A stretch of DNA of 64,000 nucleotides, taken from NCBI RefSeq assembly GCF_006345805.1, contig NC_042998.1:108872001-108936000 (forward strand), in the 5' to 3' direction. Every line of letters starts with the position of its first letter. The stretch's first letter is position 1. Position numbers and translations under genes: made by a program. Positions 11,179 through 23,596 of the stretch are shown piece after piece. The notes beneath the pieces were generated by a model. The model did no database searches. It was not told the origin of the DNA and saw only the letters and a program-made list of their open reading frames with translations. This stretch comes from Octopus sinensis. Lineage: Eukaryota.

Positions 11179-14100
11179 TGTTGGATTGTTATACGCCCAC
11201 TTCGGCATACAGTATACTTAGTAAAATCAGTAAAGACACGGCTGTCTCTGGTACTTCACGAACTTCTCTTTACTTATAGTGACCATGTTATTCCATTCAT
11301 CAGGTGCGATGAGTGCACCATTATTACTAATTCCCTACAATATCTCCCCTTTTAAGTTTATGTAGCAAACAATTTTTTATTCCCCCCACCGCCTTTTTAG
11401 GTTTTTTTTCCGTACAATTTAATATTTTTTTCGCTTGGCATCTATTTTCAATTGTACGCCTGGGTTCAATCACCTACAGTGGAGCTGGTACTTGGAACGT
11501 ATCGTACAACCATTCCTTCGGTTCTTCCAACTTCTTTGGTTCGCTTTCCATGAATCTCTTTTTCAGTTGCTTCCTGTGTATGCCTTTTCCACTTTTTACC
11601 CAATATATCATTTTACTTACGTATTTGATAATTGCGCCATCTTCCCAACTCTACTTTCCATTTTTGTATGCCCTCATAAACACCTTTTCACCAACTTTAA
11701 AGAATCTAGCTATGTTTTCCTTGGCATTTTTTCTCTTCTTGTCAGGAAGCAATTTATCGAAGTCTGATTTTACTTTCCTCGCAAACATCAGCTCCACAGG
11801 TGAGCTACTTGCTGGTGTATTCGGATTTGGTGTCACATAGTTCACTCTTAAAAATTGTTCTAGAGCTACCTTATCCATGACTTCCTTATTCGATTTTCCC
11901 AAGAATGCCTGAGCATAGTTACATTTTTTTGGTGTGGGTATATTGTCTATCGCCGTTGCCCTTGATGGATCTGGTTTTCTACCGATTTTGTCAATTACTT
12001 TTCCTAAGTATTTGATTTTATTCAACAAGAACTCATATTTTTCCTCCGTTATCTTGAACCCTTATGTTTCAAATACTCTTTTAACGTATTCAAAGTGGTG
12101 TTCCTGTGTTTCACTCTTTATTAAAATTTCGTCTAGATAGGCGATAGCGAAATCACAATCACTCAACCTTGTATCAATTACTTGCTGAAATATGGCAGGA
12201 GCCAATTTTACACCGAAGGGAAGCCGCTTAAATTTAAATAAGCCACGTTGTGTGTTAATCTCTCTATATATAAACGGCAGTTTGTCTGTGTGTGTTTCTG
12301 TGTGTCTGTTAGGTTGTACCCTCACCCTGACCACGGCTTTCAACCGATTCTGATGAAACTTGACACACACATAGCCCAATGTCATAATTCAAAACTAACG
12401 CAGCGAAAATTTTGAAAAGTTCCCCCAGTTCTGAAAAAAATCGATAAATTCGACATGGGGTCGAGAATCAGAAACACAAACCACAGACTGTCTAGGGGAC
12501 GCAACTCGCCCTTTTTAACTAAAAAAAATTTACCATAATTTTTTTTCCATTTTTTGGCTATAACTCTCTAAAAATGCTTTATAGTTATTTCCCTTACAAA
12601 CCCGAGCAACGCCGGGCGATACTGCTAGTTGTCAATAAATGTGCGCATTCTTCTACTTGTATTTGTAGATATGACTCCGAGAGGTTTAATTTAAAGAAGA
12701 ATTTCCCTCCATTCACTTTTGCAAAAATTCCTCTGGACTGGGCAATGGTTAGTTATGTGCAACTAAACAATCATTCAACCCAGTTGAAAAATATGCACAA
12801 ACTATTAGTTTGTTATTCTTCTTTTCAAGTAAACCGTCGGTACAGCCCATACTGCGTGGTCTGTCTTTTCAATTATATCAAGACTTTCCAGTCATTCCAG
12901 TTCTTTGTTAACCTGGTCTTTGCTGCAAATGGTACGTTCCGTTTTTGCCTATAGACCGGTGTTGCACTTTGTTTTACAGCGATCCTAGCTTTTGCTATTG
13001 TACAACAACCCAGTTCTTCCAAGAAAAAATATCTGGAAATAATTTTTTAATATTTTTGTTTCCGTCCTTCGATTTCATTTGAACCTTTGATTGACCCAAC
13101 CATATTTCCACGCAGAACATTTATGGGCGTATCCCACAATTTGAATTGTTCCATCCACTCTGTCCCAAATAGACTAAGTGAATCTTTTAATACATATATC
13201 TTTGCCTTTTTCGTTTGACCACGAAATATAATCCTTTTCCCGTAACACCATGTGCTACCTTTTTCGATTTAATTAATTTCGGCTTACCGACATATTTCCA
13301 CGTTTTTCTTTATTTCGTTTATAATGGTGATATCACAATTCCCTTTAGCATTTGTATTTCTGATTTTCACCTTCATCGAATTTTCGTCATCGTTATACTG
13401 CCAATTTCTTCCGATGACATACTATTTATTCTTTTTCCTTTGTTCTGACGTTTTGTCAGCTTCGTTCAATAGGGCGTTTTTATATGTCCTATATTTCCTC
13501 AACGAAAGCACGCGCTTTCTTTTTCCTTAGGCGTATACCTCCACATGTAAAACATGGGCTTATTTTCTGATTTTTGTCGTGTTCTTTAGAAAACACTTTA
13601 TCTGTAATCTAGCTATTTCGCACTTATTTAACTTCGAAACACTTTTTCCGTTCGATTCCCTCTGCGTAGTGTCTTAATTTGACTATCCTTTCACATTCTT
13701 CCGACATTTGTTGTAGGGTTATCTCCTGGATTTGATTAAGCTTTGCGAGAATTCTAGTTCTACCTTCTGCATCTTTTTGGCAGTAAGTCCTTGTGTAAGA
13801 ATCAGGCATTTGAACATATCTGGCGTTTATTCGTCCAGCTTAGAATTCTCACATCCCCTGTTCACTCTACCAGCTTATATGATGTAGTCCTCGTCGTTGT
13901 TTTCCTTTATGTTCAGACACTTCCAACCTGTGTTGAAAAATGAGCTATTTTTACTGAGAATTTTACACAATAGATATTGTGTCATTAAAGTTTATGTCCG
14001 AAAGTTTTCTTGGAGTACATTACTACTGTATCGTTCATGTTCTGTTGCCGCCAGATTTCCAAGATTAATCGCGTTTTCATTTCATCGCCTCAATCATTAC

Positions 14101-14675
14101 ATTCTTACTCGAAGATTTGTTCATATCTTCTGTAGTGTGTTTCGAAGGTAACTTTATTACGGAGTTCGAGACAAATCTGTCGAGAACATTTTTTCTGACT
14201 TTCCTGACGACTTCAGTAATTGCAGAATTTATTGCTGTAATATTATTTGTTATTGTTCTTGCTTCTGTTATTATTCTTGCAGTTGTATCTGCTGCCGTTG
14301 TTGTTATTTCAATTGCTGTTGTTGCTGTTTTTGCATCTCAAGCGTTTTTGCAACTCGGCCAGCAAATTGTCCATACTTTTACCATTTTTCGTAAAATTCG
14401 TACACAAGCTTTGTGAGTTTAACTCCTTTTCGGGTTTCTATTAACTCCACGTGAATTGATTCATCCTCGTCGAGTTTATTAATCCCTCATGGGTAGTCTT
14501 TAAATGTTGTATTGTAATATGCACACTACGGTATACAGTATACTTAGTAAAACCAATAAAGACACGACTCTCTCTGACGGCTTACTATGTACTCTGGTAC
14601 TTCTTTTTACTTATAGTGACTGGGTTATTCAATTCGTCACGTGGGAGGGTATACCATTATTATTAATTCCCCACA
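11179..14675 (-). mobile_element. Ty3/gypsy LTR retrotransposon, internally deleted and decayed
   Basis: Diverged direct repeats 11179-11340 and 14505-14675 (TG...CA). Polypurine tract AAAAGGGGAGATAT on minus next to the 3' LTR. Gag-like ~13600-14400; RT LFKFKRLPFGVKLAPAIFQQ...AYLDEILI; integrase tail NPNTPASSSPVELMFARK. Confidence 0.9.
12259..12628 (+). mobile_element. Non-autonomous Helitron nested in the gypsy RT
   Basis: 5' TC start and 3' hairpin CCCGAGC-AAC-GCCGGG then CTAG. Inserted between A and T with no TSD; removing it restores the RT frame LLTI|NTQRG. Confidence 0.88.
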
Positions 14676-14799
14676 TCACATATCTAAATCAATGATAATT
14701 AATAGTGTATATCGTTATATTAAGTATATTTCAATTGTAGTAAAAGTGCAGATAGGCAAGAAATCGCAGTAGAGTACTGAAAATGAAGGACTAGGAAAG

Positions 14800-15640
14800 T
14801 GTTCGGTAAATGAAGTGGACGGCGAAACTCATTGAATGTGAGGAAAAGAGGAGAGATGTGCTTGATTTGTGGATATGTTTGGTGCTGGCTTTTTCAGAAA
14901 AGAAGCATATAAATGAAACATTCTTTGAGCCAGTGACTGTATTGTGTTCATGGGTAATACCTTGTCTATCAGTTGAATAAGCTTCTGTTGGATACAGTAT
15001 AGGATGAATATAAGTGCAGCAATACTGTGTCATGCCAGCAGGGTTCTAATGTATTTATAAAGTGAGTCTTGTAGAGCCTTAGAGAAAGTTTCTTGTTCAA
15101 TTATAACACAGTCATAATCTCAAAATAACTCTTCTTATAAGGAATCAGTGGGTACAAAACCTGAGAACATTTTCTAAATATCCATCATACCATGACAATG
15201 TGTGGTTGGAACGCTGACTCCAATACCACTACAATGCAAAAGAGATTTGGAGATCAAACTTTGTCGCTCATATATTGTGTCCTAAGGAACAAGTGCATAA
15301 CTAATTCTCAAAGCTCACTTTCACAAGTATTCTAAGTAGTTTAATTCTATTCTTTTCAGTGTACTCTTGATCCACGATATCTTCCTAGTATCCACTAAGT
15401 TCCTCGAATATTTTAAAATGCTTCAGTTCATCACATTCTATGGAAAATTTAAGGTCACAATTCTTTCGTTTTGATCTTCTCCTTCTTGTTCACTTGTTAG
15501 GCTCTTGGACTTATTATTATAGTGTTGTGGTTTGATCCCAGGACTGAGCAGTGTTGATTGCAAGGCACTATATTCTCCATAGCTTCAGCCCACGCGTCTA
15601 CCTCAGAATGGCTCATAGCGAACTATAAATCTGAATAAAA
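14800..15640 (-). mobile_element. Very decayed RTE-like RT C-terminal fragment, with a SINE remnant at ~15490-15610
   Basis: Traces such as SIECDELKHFK and HNI*ATK resemble RTE RT domains 6-7; many stops. Confidence 0.35.
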
Positions 15641-16329
15641 AAAGAGACGTTACCGGTCCTTAACGGTATTGTATGTTAACGGGTAAAAGTATTCCAGTTG
15701 TGACTAGTACGTTTTCTTTTCATTACCAGAGCATCTAGAACTCCATTGTACAATGCATCCTCACATTTCTCACATAGCAGGGTAAATGTGCTGAAATTCT
15801 ACTATAAGAATAAACTTTCGTTTCAAAATTTCTAGGTTTATAGTGGTGCTAACACACGAATAATTATCCAGCAGTCCACGTAATACAGTCAGCAAGAGCA
15901 ATATATACGACCGTCATAAATCTAGTCCACTTAAATATAATGTAAATTTGTATCACGCAGTGAATTACTTCGTTGATGTTAGAAGCAATGTAAACATAAT
16001 TCACGATTAATCGACAATAGTAATATAAATTTGAGGAAAGTTTTATTGAGTTGCTCTGTTAATCTATGTTAATATATATTAAGTCTCATAAGTATTTCAG
16101 AAGAGATATCACGTTCTTAATCAAAACATTATAAACGAACTGTAAACTAACTGTAAATATATGCTTTATCACCACCGATCAGTCATACTTTGCTGCAAAG
16201 GCTCCAAATCATAAATAAACAAAACACGTGCATATAAAATATAGACATACCGTTAGGTCGTCGGAATAAGCGCCTTGTGTTATTTCTGCCAGATTCTTAT
16301 GCACATTAATGTCCTTTAATTTCAACACA

Positions 16330-17790
16330 CCAATACGCAGTAGTGTTTTTCGCCTTCAGTTTTGCACTGAATGTGAACTTGTCATTTGCAACATCGTTTT
16401 TCATCTGAAGGATGTTCATAAAGTTACTTGGATACACCCAAGATCTTAGCATGGATATATTCTCGATTACGCTATCATAAGGAAACTAGACCATCAGGAT
16501 GTTTGCGCTGCCCGAGTCATGCGGAGTACAGAATGTGAAATGGACTAATAGCTCATATATGGTAAATTTAAACTCTACATCCTGCATACAATAAGATCGG
16601 GCAGATTAAAATTACCTACGCGTATTGGTGTGCTGAAATTTAAGAACTCCAATATGCATAAGAATCTTCGAAATGCTATTGAGGAAGAAGAATTTGACGG
16701 AACGGATATATATAAGCTAAATACTGGGGTCTACAATGTTGGTGTTCAGGTTCTTGATCTCAGAAAAGAAAACATCGAGACTGGTTTAATGAAAATTATC
16801 TGCCGATCGCTAAACTTCTCGAGGATAAAAACATGCTGCACCAAAAATATGTTAGTGCATTAGATAAAGACAATCAGTGTTTGCTGTATTCTCTCAGAAG
16901 GGTAAATTCATCCTTCCAGCGCAAAATATGACAAATGAAAAACCAATGATAGTCTGACATTTCGGAAAAGATCAAAATGCTTATTACAGTAAAGACTTGA
17001 AAATGTTATATTACTTAATCAAACAGGTATTCAGTCCTAGTCTTCATATGTGGTACCAATCAAGTTTAACGACATTTCCTTCCCCTTTATGGTTGATTAG
17101 GGTATCAAGAAACGTTGAACTAAGCACTTCACAGATCTTTTTATGAAATGACATCAATAATCAGCCTGAAAGGGATATTGTCCTTAAGATTGACCATTCC
17201 ACTATAGATGAGAAAGAAATAAAAAATACTTAATGAAATTTATACTGGGTAGGCACCTGGTCTTGAAGGTATTCCCATTGAAGTACTCCTCCCTGGGGTC
17301 GACGTGCTTTTATATAACGATCCATCATCTAATATCAGATGTCTGGTTGGGTGCTCCTGTTCCCCACAAGACTGGATTGATGCCACTTTAATTTCATTTT
17401 TCAAATGAACGGTATCTAAATCTGCGTGTTGAAATTACAGAGGAACAAACCATCACGAAGTAGTTGGTAAACTACTTAATCGGCTAACAAAGTGGATAGA
17501 TTCTTTCGTTATCCAGGAAAAACAATGTATTCGTAGATCAGGTCTTGGTACAATGAACTTTAATTTTTCTGCTTATCTCCACTGTTAGTTAATACGACCA
17601 CTTTCTGGATTATTCTTGGTAATTTTAGATTTCCACCTTAGTTGTCAAATTGTTTTAGCAACTCGGTTGTAATATGAAAACTTGTTTTCAATTCATTGGT
17701 TCACTCATGGAACCAATTTCCATTGACAACGAGACTAAACATGGTGATATTACAGCTCCAACATTTTTTCCATATATTTTACAGTGACTG
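16330..17790 (+). mobile_element. Decayed RTE (BovB-like) LINE, endonuclease end to RT motif 4
   Basis: Translated pieces TWIHPRS*HGYILDYAIIR, KHRDWFNEN, G*APGLEGIPIEV, NYRGTNHHEVVGKLLNRLTK and TKHGDITAPTFF match the RTE consensus; frameshifts and stops. Confidence 0.8.
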
Positions 17791-18607
17791 TCTCGTACGC
17801 TTTCCAGGATTATGATATCAAGCGTCTACTTTCACTTCAAAAGCACAGATAAGATCTTTGATGTAACACGCTTCAACGCAAAATAGAAGACTTGATTTAT
17901 TTGTGAGCTCTTGTATGCTGCGTACACACACACACACTTATATTGAGAGAGTGAGAGAAAGAAAAAGAGAGGGAGAGGGAGAAGGAGAGAGGGCACGAGG
18001 GAGAGAGGGAGACAGACGTCAGTTTGGTGTCTCACTACCTATTCTTATCCTTAAAATGTCCTGGAAGATATACAAATAGTAAAGAAATTTTGTTGAGATA
18101 CGTCTACAAGGCAATGAATTGTGATTGTGTCAAAATTTAGAAAATACAATTTTGGGAGAGGTTTTAGCATTTTTCACTTCTCTTTCAACTTTTTATGTTT
18201 GAAAAATCAACGTTCTGTATTCTACATTCTCAAAAACATATTTCCTCGGTATTTCATTTAAAAATGTGTATCTTAATAAGTGTTATGAAAAAACAAAAGT
18301 TGGGAAGGGAAGAATGAACAGATAATCTCACACCTCCAATATACATATGTATATGTATATGTATATATATATATACATACATATATATATGATGGAGATG
18401 CCCGTTATAAGCTGTTACATTTTCGAAAACACTGATTAATAATATTAACCTTATACAATCGCTTTATTTCATCGTAAGTAGTTCATGTACGTAGTGGAAT
18501 CCTATTTTCATCCAGATACTGCAGTTGTATGTAATATAAATATTACATAGACACATGCGCACATACACACACATGCACAGACGTTCACACATGCACACAC
18601 ACACACG

Positions 18608-18672
<65 letters not shown>

Positions 18673-18719
18673 ACACACTCTCACACATACACACACACAC
18701 AGATAAAATACACTCCGAC

Positions 18720-19135
18720 GATGGCGAGCTGGCAGAAACATTAGCACGCCGGGTGAAATGCTTAGCGGTATTTCATCTGCCGCTACGTTCTGAGTTCAAA
18801 TTCCGCCGAGGTCGACTTTGCCTTTCATCCTTTCGGGGCTGATAAATTAAGTACCAGTTACGCACTGGGGTCGATGTAATCGACTTAATCCGCTTGTCTG
18901 TCATTGTTTGTCCCCTCTGTGTTTAGCCCCTTGTGGGTAGTAAAGAAGTAGGTATTTCGTCTGCCACTACGTTCTGAGTTCAAATTCCGCCGAGGTCAAC
19001 TTTGCCTTTCATTCTTTCGGGGTCGATAAATTAAGTACCAGTTACGCACTGGGGTCGATGTAATCGACTTAATCCCTTTGTCTGTCCGTGTTTGTCCCCG
19101 CTGTGTGTGGCCCCTTGTGGGCAATAAAGAAATAA
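18720..19135 (+). mobile_element. tRNA-derived SINE followed by a 5'-truncated tandem second copy (from ~18951)
   Basis: GGCGAGCTGGCAGAAAC...GAGTTCAAATTCCGCCGAGGTCGAC...GTAAAGAA; same family as 26278 and 42622. Confidence 0.85.
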
Positions 19136-19461
19136 AAAACTTTTTTGCAGTCTGAGTTAACAACATTCTTGCTTAAGAATAATGTGTGTGTGCATTTAGA
19201 AAGTTTATGCAATCCGTCTTTCATAATAAGTACTCAAAAAAAGTTTGAAATTACATATTTGAAAAAAAAAATGACTTATCCAACTGTAGCTAGGCTCGAC
19301 ATGAAAGATGTACTTATAAAGGGACGGTAAAAAATTTTATGAGGTATTCATTATTGGAAATATTTTTTGTGCCTATGGCTCTCACCTAGCACTTTGATGA
19401 AAAACGTCAGTGGTGGGAAGATATCCAGGTGTTAACATTCTGAGGAGAAAAGACGTGGTTA

Positions 19462-20668
19462 TATTGGTTGGGTCGGTAAGAAAATAATTTCGTTTCTTTT
19501 TTTAGTGTGAAATAAAAGTCACTCATTTTCATACAAGAATGAATTTTAATCAATTATATATTTTCCATTTTGTTCGATGACGTTTTACTATCTTTCTGGC
19601 AACTTCGTGTTTCCGCGCTCATGGATCCTCTGGACCTTATCAGCCAAAAACTGAATCAAGTGCGATTTCAGGTAATCACCATTATTGAAAGTCTTACCAT
19701 TCAAAGAATTTCGAAATAAATGGTAATCTAATGGTGCAATGTCAGGGTTATACGGTGGATGTGCTCCAATTATAAGCTCCAATTATTTTTCAAGAGTTAG
19801 CAAAGACGCGTGTGGTTTAGCGTTTGTCATGGTGGAACCCAATTCGTTTACGATTTGCCAATTCTGGCCATTTTTCTTTGCTTGCTTTCATCAGTTTCAT
19901 TAGTTGTTGACAGTAAAGACCTAAATTAATCATTCGGTCCCTTGGAAGCAGCTCAAAATTCACAATTCCTTAATAATCCCACCAAATTGACAGCATGGCC
20001 TTTTTTTATGCAATTTCGACGTGGATTGTACGCTTGGACCATGATCATTTTCGAGTAATGTTATTATAGACAATCCACTTTTCGTCACCACTGCTTATTC
20101 GTTTCAAAAGAGGTAGATGTCATTGCGTTTGAGATGCATATCGCAAATATTGATCCATTGTGTTATATGAATCCATTTCAATTTATGTAGAACCTAAATA
20201 TCGAGTTGCTTAACGAGTCCAAGACATTTTAAGTGATTTTCAGTTGTTATGTGTGATACATTTAACCTCTCTGCAATCTCTCGCACAATTATATGACAAT
20301 CAGATTCAATTATGGCTTTGATTCGATCCCCATCAGCTTTAGAAGGTCGACTAGAACGTTAGTCAGAACGAAATTTGTAAAACCATTTCTAATAAGTGCA
20401 TTCTGTTAAGCAATCAGCACCATAAACTTCACATATCTCTTTGTGAGCCTCAGCAGCTTTCTTGCCTTTATGGGGGAAAATGTGGCGAAAATGTTCATTT
20501 TTGCAATCCATGTTCAAATTGATACTGAACTAACAGCTGTAAACAAAATTGCGCACAATTTGCTTCTAAAGAAAGCTAAAAGTAACGGCTAGCAAATGTC
20601 AAGAGGAAAAAAATTATAACATTGACAAAAGTCATTTAAAAAATCGTTACTTTCTTGTTGACTCATTC
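19462..20668 (-). mobile_element. mariner (DD34D) transposon, decayed
   Basis: Minus strand GDEKWIVYNNITRK, HD(N)AKPH and HPPYNPDIAPLDYHLF. Left TIR near 19462; right end approximate. Confidence 0.8.
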
Positions 20669-21019
20669 GTCGCTAATTTGTCTCTTCTTAATTGGCTATT
20701 AGTTATCTGCATAATGCCTGACGTTCTAACTAGCGACTAGTTCATTCTATTCACTTTTTAGCAAGTTATGGAAAACGCCATTCCGGTAACTCTGGTGTGC
20801 TTTAGACATGCTCAATCATTTATACTACACCCGCTTTAATTTTATACCCATATGTTTAGCTATTTGGCTATTTAGCTATTTCACAACGCAAGTTAAATTC
20901 CGTTCTTCGTAATATTTACCTTGTTTTGCAATGCTAGACCTAGCGAAAGATGTCGCTTACTACCATTGATTTATCCTTATTTTCACTTAACGTAATTCTC
21001 GAAATTTCTTTCTATCAAG

Positions 21020-21096
21020 ATCTAATAAAAGTTATGGAAGCAATGCATCTCAAAGTATTGCAGCAGTCTTTTGGAAGAGTGGGTTGATACAAATTG
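21020..21096 (+). other. Candidate spliced exon (SNKSYGSNASQSIAAVFWKSGLIQI)
   Basis: Pyrimidine-rich acceptor TTTCTTTCTATCAAG, donor GTAATT, one open frame, in non-repetitive DNA. Confidence 0.2.
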
Positions 21097-22383
21097 GTAA
21101 TTCATTTAAATATATCGAGAGTTAGCCTGTCTATACTGTTTTTCCGCCCAAACGGTCATCCATTCAAACATTCTGATGCTTTCTGCGCTATTACTTGAAC
21201 TACTAACATTGGAAAAGATGCATTTTTCCATATCTGTACAAACAATATTTCACTGTCATTCTGCTACATCCTTTAAGAACGAGTCAAGTAGTATTCCACA
21301 GAATATTGTACTTCTCCATATGAGTGTATGAGAAACGAAATCTACAGTTATAGGTAACATTGTTTATATATGCGCACCATGGTTTTTCTTTTCATCTAAT
21401 GTGCAGTAGCCCTTTCTTAATTAAATATTGTCATGGGAGTCCAGTATCTTGCTACTGCATTACCATGTTTATTTTGTAAATGAAAGTAATTTTGGTGTGA
21501 CAATAGCTTCAGTTGGTAAGTTCTAAAGTTTCTTCATTATATTTGGAATTAAACATACGCAAAAGAATTTTTCTAGTGGCAATAAGATTAATGTCGAACC
21601 ATTCTTAGAATTTCGTGATTTGACCCAAACATCGCATTATATTATCGTGATTCGGACAAAATAATGATTTCAGAAGCTAAAATAGTCACTGAAAAACAAA
21701 CAAAACAAAAAACAAAGCAAAACAAAAAAAAAACCCATCATGTTTGAAATATATCGATCTTATTTAAAATAGTTCAATAGTTAAGAATTCTATTACTGAA
21801 TTCTAGTCCAGAAAAATGAAGACTAATTTTGAAATTTAACAGCTTGTTTTTGTTAGATTTTAATTTCCAATCAAATGTATTCGATTGTGTGGTTGTGGTT
21901 TCTTTGTCAGGGCATTCTACTAATTTTCTGCGTGAATAATATAAATAAATGAATTAGAATTTTATCTTTGTTTTTCTCACCTTACTGCTTGGTATAGAAT
22001 TAATGCAAATCCTTCGATTTCACAAAAAAAAAAAAAAAATGAAAAATAGAAAAAGCCATAGTTGGTTGGATTGGAAAGTTGAGAAGAAATAACTTTAGAA
22101 ATTCAGTCCATGAAGGAATTGAATTAAAATTTAATACCAAAACAATTTCCGACATTGACTAACAAGAAATTTTCTTCAATTCTAACGTCTTCATTCAACA
22201 CTTTGCTTTTTTTTTAAAAGAAGTAGATTGTAATATAGACAAATAACTAGGAAACTTATCTTTATAAAGATATTGAACAGGTGTAATGTGGCTTGAGATA
22301 TATACTTTCAGTTCATGTAATGAGGTGTAATACATGTCATGCACAGAACCTGAATGGTTGTAATGTGATGTTATGTATATATA

Positions 22384-22965
22384 TATTGGGGTTGGACAAA
22401 ATAATGGAAACACCTGGTATAAAAAGTTTGAAATATCTATAAAACCATCAAAAGCTTGCTTATTTTTATGTTTTTTGATTTATTATTAGCGTTGCTTAAT
22501 ATGTTTTGCTAAAATTGCTGTTTCTTTTCAGATATCATCAGAAAAAGGTAATTAAAATTCATTAAAATCACAGATCGATCGGAATTTCAAACAAGTCAAA
22601 TTGTTGGTGCGCGTATGACAAGCGCGCGCGTAACGAAAACAGCCGAAAAGTTTGGTGTATCAAGAAGTACTGTCTTGAAAGTAATGACAGCCTTTGAGAA
22701 AGAGGAAAAAACTTTCTCGTCGAAACAAAGCTCCGGAAGAAAACCAAAACTTTCAGATAGGAACCGTTGGACCCTTTCGCGAATTGTTAGAAAGGATCAC
22801 AAAAGTACAGCTCCCAAAATTACTGCACAGTTTAATGACCACCTCGAGAAACCAGTTTCCATAACAATTGTTCGCCGGGAGCTGCACAAAGCCGGATTTC
22901 ACGGGAGGGCTGCAATCAGAAAACCACTACTTTCAAAAAGAAACAGTGCAAAGCATTTAGAGTGG
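22384..22965 (+). mobile_element. Tc1-like transposon, 5' half
   Basis: TIR-like TTGGGGTTGGACAAAATAATGGAAACACC; ORF 22615-22980 with HTH, GRKPKLS and GRAAIRKPLL motifs; truncated before the DDE domain. Confidence 0.85.
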
Positions 22966-23596
22966 AGAAGGAAACCATGATGGTCCTCTGGAGGACATTC
23001 GTCATCAGCCGCCTGGATTACTGCTCCCAGCTATGGTCACCCAATAGTGTAAAATTAACAGCTGACCTTTATGCATTCCAGCGAAGCTTCACAAAGAAGA
23101 TCACCTCATTGCAACAGCTCAGCCCACTAGGAGAGGCTGAAAGCTAAGACCCTACTCCATGGAGCGAAGGTGGGAGAGGTATACTGTAATATGCATCTGG
23201 AAGATACTGGAAGGAACTGTGCCAAATTTTGGCATTGAAAGCCACACCAATGCTAGAACGCGTCGACACTGCACAGTGCCAAAGATTCCAGAAATGCCAT
23301 CGCGCTTCAGGACCAGTTACTGCAACTGCCTGGGTTTCAGAGGCCCACAACTTTTTAATATTCTCGCAAATGGACGTAGGTGGCTTCAAACCAAAACTGG
23401 ATATCTTCCTGCCGAGAGTCCCAGATGAACCTACCTCACGGCAAGAGGTGCAAATGAGGGTAGCGACATCAAACTCTCTTATTCACCAAATGCCACATAT
23501 TAGAGGAGGCTCTCCAATAATAACAGTGTAACAAAACGGTGATGCCCCAGCATGGCCACAGCTATAAGCTGAAACAATAAAACATTCAGATTCAGC
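22966..23596 (+). mobile_element. CR1/L2-like LINE 3' fragment
   Basis: SRLDYCSQLWSP...QRSFTKKI...MERRWERY...WKILEG...LGFRGPQLFNIL, followed by a 3' UTR ending CATTCAGATTCAG. Confidence 0.85.

Noticed and set aside
11173-14680. Target-site duplication and tRNA primer-binding site for the gypsy element
   Set aside because: Flanks (TACAA versus TCACA) do not match and no TGG-type PBS is visible, so neither is claimed.
16630-16863. 77-aa ORF as a host gene
   Set aside because: Frameshifted part of the decayed RTE LINE (KHRDWFNEN in the adjacent frame).
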